Positions 48,427 to 59,586 are shown, counted from the first letter of the stretch. The stretch is 64,000 bases of DNA from Bdellovibrio sp. ZAP7 (GCA_945900755.1 CAMDKS010000001.1:63491-127490), one strand, 5' to 3'. Notes: generated by a model not told the origin, from the letters alone. Numbers and translations: made by a program.

Positions 48427-49500
48427 ATGACAGAAAATAATGCACCAGCAGAAGCAGCACCAATCGAAACCAAGCAAACAATGAAGCAACGCGTTGAAAC
48501 ACAACGTGGAAGCAATGTGCCAATCGACTATTTTTTGTTTACGTGTCTCGAACATGAACGCACTCAGCGCGCTGCGAAAATAGACGACGCCTATGCCAAT
48601 GCTGGACGTTGGCCGATTATGCTTGGCGCAACACTTGAAAGCCTGCCTAATGAATTAAAGGAAATGGACCTTCAAGCGCTGATGAGCCGAATGACGCTGT
48701 GGTATGCGTCCCAGTATCCTGAGATGGTGGAGGAGATTCCGCTCGATCATATCGTTTTAAATCAGATCGTTGCGCCGTTTATGAAATTTACTTTGGATCT
48801 CGCAGATCTTGTGCTCCTTAAAACCGGAACACCATTGCCAGCACACAATGCGCAAACCGACGAAAGCGCGGCGGTTTGGGCTACAATTAAAGGCGTCCTT
48901 AAAGAAGAGTATCCTGGTTACTACGCTTATTTCGGTCGCTTTTTATGTTGGGCATTTGCTGACATCGAACCCGAGGAAATTGAAGAGGGATCTCGTCCGC
49001 CAGTTGGCAAAAATATGCCAAACTTCCGCGGAAATCGTCAACAAATCGGTAGTGGTCCCCCAATTCAAAGACAAGGTTCCGGCGGCCCACGTCATGGCCA
49101 AGGCGGCGGTCAAGGTGGCGGTCAAGGCGGAGGCCAAGGTCCACGATTCGGTCAAGGTGGCGGTCAAGGCGGCCGGGATAATAACCGAGGCCCGCGAGAC
49201 AATAATAACAGGGGGCCACGCGATAATAACCGCGATCAAAATCGTAACGGAAAACCTCGCAACAGCGGCCAAGGTGGTGGCGGTCAGCCTGCTGACTCCG
49301 AAATTGAAAGCCAAGCATTAGCTTCCGTAGATGATGCGATCGCAAAAATTAATTCGGGGGCGGTTGAAGAAGTATTCTTAAAGCCGGTGAATAGCTTTTA
49401 CCGCCGTATTCAGCATCAATATGCTGTCGACAAAGGCTACGAGTCTTGCTCAGTAGGCGACGGCAATGAGCGTGGCGTTAAGGTTGCTAAGAAAAACTAA
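48427..49500 (+). CDS. R3H-domain protein with Gly/Gln/Arg/Asn-rich disordered region
   Basis: C-terminal LKPVNSFYRRIQHQY..SVGDGNER; GQGG and RDNNRGP repeats. Confidence 0.8.
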   Translation: MTENNAPAEAAPIETKQTMKQRVETQRGSNVPIDYFLFTCLEHERTQRAAKIDDAYANAGRWPIMLGATLESLPNELKEMDLQALMSRMTLWYASQYPEMVEEIPLDHIVLNQIVAPFMKFTLDLADLVLLKTGTPLPAHNAQTDESAAVWATIKGVLKEEYPGYYAYFGRFLCWAFADIEPEEIEEGSRPPVGKNMPNFRGNRQQIGSGPPIQRQGSGGPRHGQGGGQGGGQGGGQGPRFGQGGGQGGRDNNRGPRDNNNRGPRDNNRDQNRNGKPRNSGQGGGGQPADSEIESQALASVDDAIAKINSGAVEEVFLKPVNSFYRRIQHQYAVDKGYESCSVGDGNERGVKVAKKN

Positions 49501-49535
49501 CGCTCGGCCACTGTCGAGCGAATGGACATTATATT

Positions 49536-50321
49536 ATGACGAAAGCTGTTTTTTCCGCACACCCGACCATTGCCATCACAGGGGCATCGGCAGGTATAGG
49601 CGAAGAAACAGCTTTGTTGTTTGCAGAGCGTGGGTGGCGCGTTGTTTTAGGCGCGAGGCGAAGAGATCGCCTTGAAGAAATCGCTAAAAAATTAAAAGCG
49701 GCAGGTGCCCACGACGTCGCAGTCGCAACCCTAGACGTGACCCTTGACGAATCGGTAAAAAAGTTTGCCGAGGTGGTCTGGGGGGCCTGCGGTCATCGGC
49801 TGGACGTTTTGTTTAATAATGCTGGTTTAGCGTTAGGGGTAGATCACGTGGCCAAAGGATCGATGGCCGATTGGCAATCGATGCTGGATACGAACGTGAC
49901 AGGACTATTACGGGTGACCCGTGAATTTCTACCTAAGATGTTAGAAGTGTCTCACGGCCATATTATAAATATGGGAAGTATTGCAGGCCACGTCGTGTAT
50001 GAGGGAGGTAGCGTTTACGCGGCCACTAAACATGCAGTGCGTGCCATCACCAGAACTATTCGACTTGAGGTTAATGGCACCCCGATTCGAGTATCATCCG
50101 TGGATCCTGGCATGGTCGAAACAGATTTCTCTCTAGTAAGATTTAAAGATGACGCAGAACGAGCCAAAAATATTTACAAGGGGGTCACTCCTTTATCAGG
50201 GCGCGATATCGCCGAGTGTGTTTGGTTTGCTGCATCAAGACCAGCCCACGTCAATATCGAAGAAATCGTGTTGATGCCTGTTGATCAGGCCGCTCCTCAC
50301 AAATTGAATAGAAAATCGTAA
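49536..50321 (+). CDS. NADP-dependent SDR oxidoreductase (YdfG-like)
   Basis: TGASAGIG, ARR, NNAGLALG, YAATK, DPGMVETDFS. Confidence 0.92.
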   Translation: MTKAVFSAHPTIAITGASAGIGEETALLFAERGWRVVLGARRRDRLEEIAKKLKAAGAHDVAVATLDVTLDESVKKFAEVVWGACGHRLDVLFNNAGLALGVDHVAKGSMADWQSMLDTNVTGLLRVTREFLPKMLEVSHGHIINMGSIAGHVVYEGGSVYAATKHAVRAITRTIRLEVNGTPIRVSSVDPGMVETDFSLVRFKDDAERAKNIYKGVTPLSGRDIAECVWFAASRPAHVNIEEIVLMPVDQAAPHKLNRKS

Positions 50322-50333
50322 GGAATAAAATTC

Positions 50334-51011
50334 ATGACCATGCCTCGCCCAAAGAAAAAACCGACATCCTCAAAACCATCAGGCTCAAAGCCGTCAGGCT
50401 CAAAGCCGTCAGGCTCAAAAGGTTCGCCAGCGAAAAGGAACTCAAAGGGACCGTATTCTAAAAAAACGGATTCGAAGGTCCCTTCTGCAAAAAAAGCACC
50501 ATCTACAGCTCCAGCAAAGCCGATCAATCCATTTGGCGAAAAAAAGCAAAGTGCCGGAAAAAAATGGGGCTCTGGATCAAAGGCATTCAAAGCCCGTCAA
50601 GAAGACGACGCTTTGGAATTGAAATTATCCGACCGCGATGCGGCACTCGTTAACAACATCAAAGCAAAGCTTCAACAAATTCGCGACTACAAGGCGATTC
50701 TTGCGGAAGACGGACTTAAACCCGATGAAGCTGATAAAGCCAAAGAAAGTGCTCTGATCCAACGCCTGCTTAAAATGGAAAAGGCCGCTAAAATTGAGGC
50801 GCGCCAGCGGGCGAAAGTTGCGAAAACGGAAGCGTTCCGAGAGAATGCCGAAAAAGAGATGTTTGCACGTGAAAAGAAAAAAGGGCGAGCCGACCGCTAT
50901 ACCGGAGAAGATTCCGACGGCAAGGATAAAGATGGAGATGACGATGAAGATTTCCATTCGGATTACGACGAAGAAGACGATCAAGAGGATGATGATCTTG
51001 ACGACGAATAG
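50334..51011 (+). CDS. Hypothetical charge-polarised protein (basic N-terminus, helical core, acidic C-terminus)
   Basis: AAGGA RBS; K/S/P-rich start, D/E-rich end. Confidence 0.75.
   Translation: MTMPRPKKKPTSSKPSGSKPSGSKPSGSKGSPAKRNSKGPYSKKTDSKVPSAKKAPSTAPAKPINPFGEKKQSAGKKWGSGSKAFKARQEDDALELKLSDRDAALVNNIKAKLQQIRDYKAILAEDGLKPDEADKAKESALIQRLLKMEKAAKIEARQRAKVAKTEAFRENAEKEMFAREKKKGRADRYTGEDSDGKDKDGDDDEDFHSDYDEEDDQEDDDLDDE
50370..50420 (+). repeat. 15-bp tandem repeat x3 (SKPSG)
   Basis: TCAAA(A/G)CC(A/G)TCAGGC three times. Confidence 0.9.
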
Positions 51012-51187
51012 ACCGTGGATTTAAGAGACAAAGTACGCAAAAAAATCGATAACACTCTTTGCTGGCATTGGCATGAGGCGTTGAATGAAATTTTAGAGGC
51101 GTGAAAAAGTAGGCTTCAGGCAGCACCTATCAGCATCAGCCGTGAGCCGTTCAAAAATTATCAATGGCCCCCTATTTTATAAAGTAT

Positions 51188-52173
51188 AACCCATCAGAGT
51201 TAGAAGAAATCATCGATGAAGTGTCGCCTACTCCTGCTTACATTGTCATTGATGAAGTGCAGAAAATTCCAATCTGCTCGACGAGGTTCATCGGCTCATT
51301 GAGGAACGAGGACTAATTTTTCTATTGACTGTGAGTAGCGCTCGACGCTTAAAAATGGAGGGCGTAAATTTGCTTGCCGGTCGTGCGTGGATAGCAAACC
51401 TATTCCCCTTAACTTACCGTGAAATAGGTTTAAAAAACTTTAATCTAAATCGCTACTTGCAATTTGGAGGTTTGCCAGCAGTATGGCAGAGTGAGTTTCC
51501 AGAGGAACAGTTAGATGCATATGTCCAAGTCTATTTGACGGAAGAGGTTAAGGCAGAGTCTGCCGTGAGAAAAATGCCAGCATTTGTCGAATTTTTGCGG
51601 TCCAGTGCACTATCAAATGGTCAAGTTTTAAATTACGCCAAATTAGCAAGTGACGCCGGGGTTTCGATACCAACAATTGCAAGCTATTATAAAATTCTTG
51701 AAGACACTTTATTGGGGTTCGAGGTAAGCAGTTGGAGGAAATCAACATCACGAAAAGCGATCACAAAATCCAAATTCTATTTTTTTGATCCGGGCGTTGT
51801 CAATACACTAACAGGAACTGAAAGTATTGATCGCAATTCAAATATTTATGGAAATCTATTTGAGCAGTTCATTGCAATGGAGTTGCGAGCATACATAAGC
51901 TACCGCAGACTTAAGAATCAGCTACAATTTTGGCGAACAGAAGATCAAGTAGAGGTCGATTTTATAATAGGTGGAAAACTCGCCATAGAAGTAAAAACGA
52001 CAAAAAAAATTAGTGCTGATGACCTAAAGGGTCTAAAAACGCTTGCTAAAGAGGGTCTCGTTAAGAAATACGTTGTTGTCAGCCACGATCCAATCGACCG
52101 TAAAACCGGTGAGTTCTACCTATACCATTGGAAGACATTTTTAAAAAAACTTTGGGACGATGAACTTCTATAA
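51188..52173 (+). pseudogene. Second AAA_14/DUF4143 ATPase, 5'-truncated and frameshifted
   Basis: NPSELEEII..VIDEVQKIP-[frameshift near 51271]-LLDEVHRLIEE; Walker A absent; TGSS reads TVSS. Confidence 0.85.
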
Positions 52174-52325
52174 TAGCTATAATAAAAAACCGGCCATGAA
52201 TTCATAAACATTGATTTCTGCGGCACTACAGTAGGTTTTTGGGCTAATAATTGGGATGTATCAATGAAAAGGCTCACTTGTCAGCAGCCGCCTAAAGACT
52301 TCATTTTCATGGAATTTTGCGTTGC

Positions 52326-53159
52326 TCATCCAGGCTCAACTTTACGAATAGATCGTCGCCACGGTTCTCCTTTCATATGGCTGATGATCTTGTCCTGCAC
52401 GAACTCATGGGCAAGAATAGGATTATAGGTATTCGGCCTGGCCAGCAGAGGATCCATATCACCAAGAAAGCTAGCCTCTTCCATTTTAGCTGCCAGTGTT
52501 TTTTCAAACTCCGCTCGTGACACGGATATTGAGCTACGTTCCATATAACGTTCAAAGCAGCGCAGTAGCTTATCTGTATCGACGTCACGTGAAGACAGGG
52601 CGAGCCACAGATCAAAAAGATCACGACCTTTCTTACGTTGATGAAGGGCGCGTAGCTTTGTGGCAAGCAACTCCTCCAGGTGATAGGTCGGAATTTTGGC
52701 CGTTCCATTGAACCACGGGCTGCTGACGGCATAGCTGTGATGGAAGTATCCAAGTTCTGAAAAATGCTCTCGTGTATTGATCTCGATCTTAAGTCGCATA
52801 GATTGAACTGGCTTGTTCGTGGTTTCAAAACGGTATAGCAGGGTGACACGTCCCTCATTACGCTTGCGCTTTGGTTCTCCCAACCACCCATCTAAAGTGC
52901 TGCGAAGAGCGTCGATGAGGGAGCCGATTTCTCCCGCACGAACTTGTACCAGGTCGATATCCTCAGAATACCGACCTGGTGGATCAAAAATCAATTTATG
53001 CAATGCTGTTCCACCGCGAAAAGCGAGACTTTGATTGATCAGCGGTATGTTAAAAATCTCGACAAGAGCGCGACTCAGAACTAGATCTTGTTCCACCTGG
53101 GCATCAGTTGGCCAAGGAGCTTTCGTGCGCCAATTGGTGATGTATGCTGCAGGGATCAT
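52326..53159 (-). CDS. abiEii: AbiEii-family nucleotidyltransferase toxin (type IV TA)
   Basis: VEQDL, FRGGTAL, RYSEDID, KIEIN, K.RAL..R..GRDLFD. Confidence 0.92.
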   Translation of the reverse strand: MIPAAYITNWRTKAPWPTDAQVEQDLVLSRALVEIFNIPLINQSLAFRGGTALHKLIFDPPGRYSEDIDLVQVRAGEIGSLIDALRSTLDGWLGEPKRKRNEGRVTLLYRFETTNKPVQSMRLKIEINTREHFSELGYFHHSYAVSSPWFNGTAKIPTYHLEELLATKLRALHQRKKGRDLFDLWLALSSRDVDTDKLLRCFERYMERSSISVSRAEFEKTLAAKMEEASFLGDMDPLLARPNTYNPILAHEFVQDKIISHMKGEPWRRSIRKVEPG

Positions 53160-53944
53160 AGGTCGGTCTCAATTGTTTCATTTGGTACGACACACCAGTT
53201 CTTGTCTGGTGATTTCTCTTTTGATGGCATTTTGGGTGATAGCAATACCGGACGTCTTCGCAATTTTTGGTAATACTCCAAAAGTGGTGCGACTAGTGCT
53301 TTATTATTTGAAAAATTTTCCAGAATAAATCCTAAGCGTTGAACATCTGGAGTTGCATACAACGGAGCCGTTTTTACCAGTTGGTCTGCGTCTAATTTTT
53401 CCTCGAGCTCGGTCAACACGGTTGCAACGTTGTTTAGATGACCTGACGCAGCGGTATACTTAACGAGATCAAAGGCGGTTGTCTCAGGTGTTGCAACTTT
53501 TATGTATCCTGTTTCTGTTTGCATTTTCTTGGTTGGAAAATTTTCAATGTCTTGAGTCATGTGGAAGGAAATATTGATGCTACCTAAATCGATGCTTCGA
53601 GTTGGACGGTCGGTCATAACTTGGAATATCATAGGCTGTTGATGTGCAGCACCATGAAGTGCAGCGGCACTTAAAAGAGCCACATAATAGGGCTGTTTTA
53701 GGTGTGCCATCAGTTCGTCAATAAACCAATTGGCTGGTGGGCTACCTAATGAACGGTATTCTGGACGAACGACCACAAAAAAACCGCGATGTGGGCTGAC
53801 GATACGGTGGCGCTGCTTTAAACGACGAAGGGCCGCTTGAGTTGCAATGTGGGAGCGGTCTGAAGTGAGGTCTTCAAATTTGAAGGTGTAACGCCCTTGT
53901 CCCTGTATTTGATCAATAAAATCGCTTAGTTTTTGATGTGACAC
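53156..53944 (-). CDS. abiEi: AbiEi-family antitoxin
   Basis: GRYTF, YYVALLSAAALHGAAHQQP, TPETTAFD, QRLG; ATGA-coupled to abiEii. Confidence 0.9.
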   Translation of the reverse strand: MSHQKLSDFIDQIQGQGRYTFKFEDLTSDRSHIATQAALRRLKQRHRIVSPHRGFFVVVRPEYRSLGSPPANWFIDELMAHLKQPYYVALLSAAALHGAAHQQPMIFQVMTDRPTRSIDLGSINISFHMTQDIENFPTKKMQTETGYIKVATPETTAFDLVKYTAASGHLNNVATVLTELEEKLDADQLVKTAPLYATPDVQRLGFILENFSNNKALVAPLLEYYQKLRRRPVLLSPKMPSKEKSPDKNWCVVPNETIETDL

Positions 53945-54035
53945 AGTAATTTATCCATTTCAACTGCGAAAAATAACGATTTTTATCTGATAATGCATTC
54001 AATTCGGACAAATTGGCCGTCCCACTTATAAATAA

Positions 54036-54073
54036 TAACATAAAATGTTAGTTTTTGCCAATATAATGGCAAA
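54036..54073. promoter_or_regulatory. Two palindromes upstream of abiEi (candidate operators)
   Basis: TAACAT-AAA-ATGTTA and TTTGCCA-ATATAA-TGGCAAA. Confidence 0.45.
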
Positions 54074-54380
54074 CATTTTGTTTTACCCCCTTAACCACTT
54101 CGAGTGGGGTGTTAGCAGCCGCCTAATGACTACAGTATTTGACCTACAAAGAGTTAAGCCGAGGGCTATGGCCAGGTGCCGTCACAGGTAATTGAGGGAT
54201 GAGCTCCCGAGAATTTATCCGCCGCTAGCTTTCTTCCAATTTGTCTCCGGCTGTTAGGAAATGTTCCGTTTTTTTTCAAATGAACGCCGTACTAGCACTA
54301 TTTACGGCAATTTATTTATTGAATAATTCCAAACCAAAGTAAACGTACAGCAATGAATGCTAACGTTATCCAAAATAGTC

Positions 54381-54409
54381 TTGACATGGTCATCTAGAGA
54401 CCATATTGT
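54381..54409 (+). promoter_or_regulatory. Sigma70 promoter with operator palindrome for phd-vapC
   Basis: TTGACA-17 nt-TATTGT; ATGGTC-N7-GACCAT in the spacer. Confidence 0.7.
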
Positions 54410-54429
54410 ACATTCAGGGAGCTTAAGAT

Positions 54430-54690
54430 ATGAAAAAAGTGAATATCTCAAAAATTAAAGCTGAATTAAGCAAATATCTACGCTTTGTTAAAGCCGGCGA
54501 AGACGTATTGATTATGGACCGTGATCAGCCGGTTGCCAAAATTGTTGGTATTAAGCCAGAGTCGGCATTGCACATCAAAGAGCCGTCGAGAGATCTGAAA
54601 TCAGTCCTCATGCAAGCCGATAAACGCCCTTTTACTGAAAAAATGGATATTTTAGACGTCCTTCTCCTAGATCGTGAGGACCGAGTTTAG
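54430..54690 (+). CDS. Phd/YefM family antitoxin
   Basis: VNISKIKAELSKYLRFVKAGEDVLIMDRDQPVAKI. Confidence 0.9.
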   Translation: MKKVNISKIKAELSKYLRFVKAGEDVLIMDRDQPVAKIVGIKPESALHIKEPSRDLKSVLMQADKRPFTEKMDILDVLLLDREDRV

Positions 54691-55121
54691 TGGTCACGGT
54701 AAGTCCAACCTCCTATTTTGATTCGTCGGTTTTGCTTCGCTACGTGATTGGCCACGAACAGTCGATACAAAATCTTACGCCTTATAGCAAAGGCGCTGTG
54801 ACCAGTGCAATCACGGCAATTGAGTGTTTGCGAGTCCTCGATCGTTGGCGTATCACTAAAGAAATTAACGATGAAAGACTGATTTCTGCGAGAAGTCTAT
54901 GTTTGCAAATTCTGAGCGGACTCAGAATTATCGCAGTGGACGACCACGTTGTGTCCATGGCTAGTCAAACATTTCCAATCGCGATGAAGTCGCTCGATGC
55001 TATCCATCTCGCTTCGGCTCTTCACTTTCAGAATCAAAGTGGAGTAAAAGTTTTGCTCTTAACCCATGACATTAAATTGCAAATGGCCGCAACCGCGTTT
55101 GACATGGACGTCTTCAGTTAG
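54690..55121 (+). CDS. vapC: VapC PIN-domain toxin
   Basis: YFDSSVL, E, KSLDAIHLASA, THD. Confidence 0.9.
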   Translation: MVTVSPTSYFDSSVLLRYVIGHEQSIQNLTPYSKGAVTSAITAIECLRVLDRWRITKEINDERLISARSLCLQILSGLRIIAVDDHVVSMASQTFPIAMKSLDAIHLASALHFQNQSGVKVLLLTHDIKLQMAATAFDMDVFS

Positions 55122-55132
55122 CAGATGTTAAT

Positions 55133-55462
55133 TTGAACCGACTCCAGAAAATTGCTTTCGAAGGGCTCATTGTAAAACCGGCAAGGTTAAGTGGGTCCGA
55201 AGTCGCATTTATCAGATCTTATATGGGCTACACTCAAGCTCAATTTGCGCAACTTCTCAATTTGGCCAATCATTCTATTGTATCGATATGGGAAAAAAAG
55301 GACCTTAAAGGTACTGGAATGGATTTCAATACCGAGATCTTTCTCAGGTTAAATATGGCACGAACAATTCGTAAGGCTCTGGTAAATCAGGTTTTGGAGA
55401 ACTATGGATCCTCAGCCGATATTGGAGCTAAACCAGAACCGATACGGCTCTCTGTTGCTTGA
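55133..55462 (+). pseudogene. 5'-truncated XRE-HTH antitoxin, paralog of 43209-43652
   Basis: LSGSEVAFIRSYMGYTQAQFA..HSIVSIWEK; lacks the YxGLGFP N-terminus and a cognate toxin. Confidence 0.7.
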
Positions 55463-55545
55463 AAATGGCGTTAGCTGCCGCCTGTTAGCACCACGCACTC
55501 CATGGAACAATCGAAACACCATCGGGACATTTTGAAAAATTGCAT

Positions 55546-55677
55546 CTACCGGTCCATTAACTTCGCCACAAGTGTCGTCTTGCCGGACTGCCGCATCCCG
55601 ACGACTCCCACGACCGGCCAGAAACGTAGATATTTATTGAGTTTAGTTTGGGCCAATCTTTTTCGGAGATGAGGCAC
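55546..55677 (-). pseudogene. N-terminal stub of a third AAA_14 ATPase
   Basis: MPHLRKR..WPVVGVVGMRQSGKTTL then stop. Confidence 0.8.
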
Positions 55678-55857
55678 ATTCTTCCAATCAGAGTTATAAC
55701 TTATTCTCAGATTTTTGGGAATTATCGTCTTTATGAACTTCAACGATCCCAATCCCCTGTAGGTCAAATACTGTAGTTTTCAGGCGGCTGCTAACAAGGG
55801 TCGTAGATTAGTTTAGCTCAGCTGGAAGTCTTGCAGGGTCTAGGCCCCCCGAGAGCT

Positions 55858-56766
55858 TTAGTTTTTTCTTAGACTCATTAAATGAGTCAAGGCCGCGTCC
55901 CAGGTCGGTAGATTCTCTCCAAGAACACGCTCTAGTTTTTCGAGGTTTAGCCGGGAATTTTTGGGCCTAGCTGCGGGCGTTGGGAAATCTTTACTTTCAA
56001 TTTTCTTGAGATTACGGATTTTAAGTGGCAGGCCACGTTCGCGGGCAGTTTTGAAAATTTCCTCGGCGAAGCCATGCCAAGAAACTTCTCCACGGCATAC
56101 TAAATTATAAATGCCCGCTGGCATTTGGCCGGCGGCTATTTTTACTAGAGCTTTGAGGGTGAATTCTGCGATGACCAAAGAGGTCGTCGGGGCTCCGATC
56201 TGGTCTCCGACGACGCTCATGTCCTCTCGTTCCGCGCCAAAGCGAAGCATGGTGTTGAGAAAGTTTTTACCGTCATTGTCATAGACCCATTGTGTCCTGA
56301 AAACATACCCAGAATTTGGGCAATGCTTGGTGACGGCCTCGTCGCCAAATAACTTAGTTCGGCCGTACGCATTGACCGGGCTAGTTTTATCAGATTCCTT
56401 CCAGGGTAGGCTTCCGGAACCGTCGAACACGTAATCAGTTGAGTAGTGAATCAATACGGCAGAGATTTCTTGTGCGGCTTTGGCGAGGGCTTCAACGGCA
56501 AGGCCGTTAATTTTCATGGCAAGGTCAAACTCTTTTTCTGCAAGGTCGACGGCGGTGTAGGCCGCGCAGTTGATAATAATTTTGGGACGCTCACTGAGAA
56601 TCAATGCGGACAGGGCTGTGGTGTCAGCTAGGTCGCAGGCTTTGACGTTAGAAGCAGATGCATTGTGATCGGCGTAAACCACATTGGGGCGAGTTCCCAA
56701 TTGACCACAGATACTGCGGCCTACTTGGCCGGAGGTTCCAATAACAAGAATTTTATCGACTGTCAT
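55858..56766 (-). CDS. rfbD: dTDP-4-dehydrorhamnose reductase
   Basis: GTSGQVG, AAYTAVDLAE, STDYVFDG, YGRTK, DQIGAPT, PTPAARP. Confidence 0.95.
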   Translation of the reverse strand: MTVDKILVIGTSGQVGRSICGQLGTRPNVVYADHNASASNVKACDLADTTALSALILSERPKIIINCAAYTAVDLAEKEFDLAMKINGLAVEALAKAAQEISAVLIHYSTDYVFDGSGSLPWKESDKTSPVNAYGRTKLFGDEAVTKHCPNSGYVFRTQWVYDNDGKNFLNTMLRFGAEREDMSVVGDQIGAPTTSLVIAEFTLKALVKIAAGQMPAGIYNLVCRGEVSWHGFAEEIFKTARERGLPLKIRNLKKIESKDFPTPAARPKNSRLNLEKLERVLGENLPTWDAALTHLMSLRKN

Positions 56767-56800
56767 TTTATCGACCTCATTTTATCGACCACCATTTTAT
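56751..56800. repeat. Imperfect 14-15-bp triplication spanning the rmd stop and rfbD start
   Basis: TTTTATCGAC(TGT/CT/CAC)CA three times. Confidence 0.85.
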
Positions 56801-57732
56801 TTACCAGCATTCCAAATTTCCTCGAGGCTTTGCGATAGTGATATCTCTGGTTTCCAGCCGAGGGTCGACTGGGCCGACTCGCAATCAGCGATGATCGCAG
56901 CCGTGCTTTCATTTCTTTGGAGATGGGGCGCTAGGGACTGGGCGAGAGATTTTTTAGACAATTTATTCAGACAATCAAAAACAGACTGAATCGTCACCGC
57001 CTTGCCGCTGCCGATCACGAATACTCGTTCGGACGGCCGTCGTTCTACGATGAGGCGGTAGGCTCGTACTACGTCACGCACGTCGGTGAAGTCTCGAAGC
57101 ACGTTTAAGTTTCCAGTCTCGATGGCGGAGTTTGGTGCCGCATTGCGGATTCTTGAGGCGAGGGCTGGAACGACAAAAGAATCTTCTTGGCCGATTCCGA
57201 TGTGATTAAAGGGCCGTGCAACATAGACTAGAAGGTTGGTGGTATCAAATTTTCGAATAATATTTTCGGCCGCAAGTTTGCCCTTGCCGTAGTCGCCCCG
57301 CGGTTGTGTGGGCGTTGTAGGCGTACAGGCGAGTGTTCCTTGGAGAACTCCTTCGCCATAAACGAAGGCACTGCTAATAAATAAAAAAGTTCTGGGCAGA
57401 TCTTTGGTGGACGGGGGCAGCTTGGACAAGGCACGCACGACATTTTCAGGGCCATGGATATTGACCGCGTCGAGCAGGGCCGTTTTCTGGCCTGTGGTCT
57501 TAGCGATGCCTGCGAGGTGAATCACGGCGTCGGGTAGGTGATTCTCGAGAATGCGTCCACACTCTTGTGGATCGGTGATATCCATTTTCAAAACGGACCG
57601 AGTACCGTAGCCATATATGTCGACCGACTCTTTTGTGACACCAGTCAAAACCACTTCATGACCGGCACGCAGCAGCTCTGCCGTTAAGTGACGGCCTACA
57701 AATCCTGGTGCTCCGGTAACGAGTATTTTCAA
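56797..57732 (-). CDS. rmd: GDP-4-keto-6-deoxy-D-mannose reductase-like NAD-dependent epimerase/dehydratase
   Basis: TGAPGFVG, YGKGK, RPFNHIG.GQ, GNL..RDFTDVRDVVRAY; adjacent to gmd. Confidence 0.8.
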   Translation of the reverse strand: MKILVTGAPGFVGRHLTAELLRAGHEVVLTGVTKESVDIYGYGTRSVLKMDITDPQECGRILENHLPDAVIHLAGIAKTTGQKTALLDAVNIHGPENVVRALSKLPPSTKDLPRTFLFISSAFVYGEGVLQGTLACTPTTPTQPRGDYGKGKLAAENIIRKFDTTNLLVYVARPFNHIGIGQEDSFVVPALASRIRNAAPNSAIETGNLNVLRDFTDVRDVVRAYRLIVERRPSERVFVIGSGKAVTIQSVFDCLNKLSKKSLAQSLAPHLQRNESTAAIIADCESAQSTLGWKPEISLSQSLEEIWNAGK

Positions 57733-57739
57733 TTGAGCC

Positions 57740-59457
<1,718 letters not shown>

Positions 59458-59586
59458 TGGGAATTTCCTTGCCGCTGGCTTAATATTTGCGGAGTTTAAT
59501 GTATACTATTGCATTGGGATGAGTCCAATCCAATTTGCGCGTCTACAGGATGTCATATTCGGCTATTTCGTACGCTAGTTAGCTTC

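Larger units (their letters stand above)
54110..55796. mobile_element. Non-autonomous segment bounded by 39-bp inverted repeats
   Basis: 54110-54148 TGTTAGCAGCCGCCTAATGACTACAGTATTTGACCTACA versus reverse complement of 55758-55796; 36/39 identical. Confidence 0.65.

Noticed and set aside
49090..49240. CRISPR-like or non-coding repeat array
   Set aside because: Repeats are in-frame low-complexity codons without unique spacers; no cas genes in the window
54030..54060. dif/pdif site (TTATGTTA-like arm on the minus strand)
   Set aside because: No XerC-type arm at 6-bp spacing; better explained as an operator palindrome
51109..55810. Integron cassette array (GTTAGC resembles the attC core GTTRRRY)
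   Set aside because: No intI, no RYYYAAC..GTTRRRY pairs at attC spacing with L boxes, and genes lie in mixed orientation
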